A stretch of DNA of 44,277 nucleotides from an uncultured Syntrophomonadaceae bacterium (GTDB lineage Bacteria; Bacillota; Dethiobacteria; DTU022; PWGO01), in the NCBI GenBank assembly GCA_964402625.1, contig CAYODA010000002.1, positions 1 to 44,277 of the forward strand. The letters run 5' to 3'. This document shows positions 42,640 through 44,277 of this stretch, piece after piece. Each line of letters opens with the position of its first letter. Position 1 is the first letter of the stretch. The position numbers were made by a program, and so were the translations under genes. A model generated the notes under the pieces. The model was given only the letters and a program-made list of their open reading frames with translations, was not told the DNA's origin and made no database searches.

Positions 42640-43028
42640 TTACGGTTATCCTCCTTTCTTGCCTGAAGCCGCGCCTCCCGGATTATTTCTAATAACCTTT
42701 CCTCTTCCAGGTTTAATCGTTCAGCTTCTATTGCCAGCTCCATGGCTTTTTCTTTTATGTTATGTTCCGCCCTGTCCCGGCGGATAGTTTCCGTTGCGCC
42801 GGGAGAGACAAACATTCCCAACCCTCTTTTCTTGTACAGCAGGCCCTTTTCCAGGAGCATACTAAGCCCTTTTGCCGCGGTAGCGGGGTTGATGTTAAAC
42901 ATGTCGGAAAGCTGGTACTGGGAGTATATGCGCTCTTCTTCCCGAATACTTCCCTTTAAGATTTCAAGCTCCAGCCATTCCGCCAATTGAGCGTATATAG
43001 GTTTTAAGTTATCTGTCCCTGGTATCAA
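42636..43028 (-). CDS. GntR-family transcriptional regulator, YtrA subfamily
   Basis: 130 aa. N-terminal winged HTH (PIYAQLAEWLELEILKGSI...YSQYQLSDMFNINPATAAKGLSMLLEKGLLYKKRGLGMFV) with only a short helical C-terminus. TTG start. Confidence 0.85.
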   Translation of the reverse strand: MIPGTDNLKPIYAQLAEWLELEILKGSIREEERIYSQYQLSDMFNINPATAAKGLSMLLEKGLLYKKRGLGMFVSPGATETIRRDRAEHNIKEKAMELAIEAERLNLEEERLLEIIREARLQARKEDNRK

Positions 43029-43044
43029 GTCACCACAACCTTTA

Positions 43045-43103
43045 GCGTGCTATAGTGCATTAGTCATATAACGCACTATAGCACGCCTGGAATATCATGT
43101 CAA
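43045..43103 (-). promoter_or_regulatory. promoter of the YtrA-type operon with an overlapping perfect 14-bp inverted-repeat operator
   Basis: On the minus strand: TTGACA (43103-43098), 17-nt spacer, TATAGT (43080-43075). The inverted repeat is gcgtgctatagtgc (43045-43058) / gcactatagcacgc (43073-43086), with arms 14 nt apart. The distal arm contains the -10. Confidence 0.6.
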
Positions 43104-43280
43104 TACTTTATAATATTTTTAAAAAATTTATTTTTAGGGAACCAGGGGCAGGGACAAATCTTCCATATAATAGAAGGTTAGTAACCCCGGCTACGTAGGC
43201 TCGCCCCCACCACTAGAAAGCCGACCAGGGGTCGGGTTCAGGGGGAGCAGGTATGGTATAACTTGTAAGGAGGGAGATTG

Positions 43281-44277
43281 TTGAAGTTTAAGGGGTCAAT
43301 TAAACCATGGATGTGTTTGCTGGTTTTGGTTGTGACGCTATCTGTGGCTGTAGTGGGCTGTGGTCAACAGGAGGAAGAAGTGGAGAAAAAAGAAATTGAA
43401 GATCCGGGGGAAGTAGCCCAAGAAGAAGCCGCTCCAGAGGGTGCCGCCGGCTCAACCTTGTTTGCGGAGTACACGGATCGTGCTACAGAGGTAGAGCCTT
43501 CGGTGGACCCTTACCGGATAGACCCGGAACTGGAAAACGTAATAAACCGGGACATGTTCCACTTTTCCGAGGAGGCCAAAGAGCAGCTGGTAGAGAAAGG
43601 TTTTGTGGTGGTCTCGGCGCAGCAGAAGGAGTTCTACAGCCTGTACGAAAAAAATTTTTATCTGAAAAGGCCCAGCTTTATAACCACGGATTCCATGCTT
43701 CACAACTATCATCTCTTTTTTAACCGCCTCCTGGAGGTTACGGAAAAAAACGACCTTCTCCCCGCCTTGAAAGAGTTAACCGAATCTATGCTGGCTGTTT
43801 CAGGGGAACAGTACCGCCGGTTGCAGGACACGGAGTGGGAGGGTGCTGCTTTAAGGAATGCCGGTTATTTTGCCGTGGCCGCCGAACTTTTAAATTTAGA
43901 TGTGGATAAAGCAGTGCCCCAAGAAGTAGAAAGCCTGGTGGAGCAGGAGCTGGAACTTATTGAAGCCCGGGAGGGGATGAATGCTTCTCCCCTTATGAAC
44001 ATGGGGGATCTAAGTGAGCCACCCGAAGAATATCTCGAGGACTATACCCAGTACACCCCCCGCGGGCACTATGCCGGAGAAAGCGACCTCGAGAGTTATT
44101 TCCAGGCCATGATGTGGTACGGCAGGATGACTTTCCGCACCCTGAGTGAAGACGAAACCAGGTCTGCACTGCTGCAGACGCTGGCCCTGGGGGAAGAAGA
44201 TAATGCGGAGAAGTGGGAAGACATGTACGCCGTTACCGGCTTTTTTGTAGGGCAGAGTGACGATATAACCTGCCGGG
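43281..44277 (+). CDS. DUF3160-like lipoprotein, 3' end beyond the window
   Basis: Hand translation is open from the TTG at 43281 (7 nt after GGAGG) to the window end. Signal peptide plus lipobox MKFKGSIKPWMCLLVLVVTLSVAVVGC. The FITTDSMLHNYHLFF and YTQYTPRGHY blocks recall DUF3160. Absent from the track because there is no stop in the window. Confidence 0.7.
   Translation, partial: MKFKGSIKPWMCLLVLVVTLSVAVVGCGQQEEEVEKKEIEDPGEVAQEEAAPEGAAGSTLFAEYTDRATEVEPSVDPYRIDPELENVINRDMFHFSEEAKEQLVEKGFVVVSAQQKEFYSLYEKNFYLKRPSFITTDSMLHNYHLFFNRLLEVTEKNDLLPALKELTESMLAVSGEQYRRLQDTEWEGAALRNAGYFAVAAELLNLDVDKAVPQEVESLVEQELELIEAREGMNASPLMNMGDLSEPPEEYLEDYTQYTPRGHYAGESDLESYFQAMMWYGRMTFRTLSEDETRSALLQTLALGEEDNAEKWEDMYAVTGFFVGQSDDITCR

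Noticed and set aside
43141-43200. Possible c-di-GMP-I (GEMM) riboswitch, because of cagggacaaa followed by a hairpin.
   Set aside because: Only the CAGGG(A)CAAA string resembles the consensus. The downstream ACGCAAAGC-type element and the second helix with a tetraloop receptor are not present, and ydaO-type motifs are not seen either. I kept it only as a generic structured leader.
43452-43712. 86-aa minus-strand ORF.
   Set aside because: It is antisense to the much longer open frame of the DUF3160-like lipoprotein gene, which has an SD, a signal peptide and family-like motifs.
1-44277. Search for CRISPR arrays, IS/transposase or integrase genes, rRNA, prophage or toxin-antitoxin pairs.
   Set aside because: None were found. 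The only long repeat is the tuf duplication, and the only short tandem repeat is the 11-mer at 36778-36799.

Overview
This window is almost entirely the conserved translation and transcription supercluster of a Firmicutes (Clostridia/Bacilli-type) genome, all on the + strand. The gene order is tRNA-Thr, tRNA-Met, tuf, rpmG, secE, nusG, rplKAJL, rpoBC, an L7Ae-like gene, rpsLG, fusA and a second tuf. These are followed by the S10/spc/alpha r-protein operons (rpsJ to rplQ), ecfA1-ecfA2-ecfT, truA and rplM-rpsI. GGAGG-type Shine-Dalgarno sites are strong, and GTG/TTG starts and 1-4 nt gene overlaps are frequent. Several ORF-track starts look too long, so I re-set them to the start codon that has an SD and matches conserved N-termini. 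Only the last ~7.6 kb (36.7-44.3 kb) is accessory. It holds a monocistronic AddB-like PD-(D/E)XK/Fe-S nuclease with no Walker A and no AddA partner in view. It also holds a convergent four-gene minus-strand operon (YtrA/GntR-type regulator, ABC ATPase, two uncharacterised membrane proteins) with a perfect 14-bp inverted repeat over its promoter, and a 3'-truncated DUF3160-like lipoprotein gene behind a structured leader. Notable points inside the core cluster: two nucleotide-identical tuf copies as 1.2-kb direct repeats, a Cys4 insertion in EF-Tu, a Cys4 L24, no rpmD, no adk, and a long acidic RpoB tail. I saw no CRISPR array, rRNA or mobile element. I found no convincing evidence of a completely new multi-gene system; the best candidates for follow-up are the orphan AddB-like gene and the YtrA-type operon.
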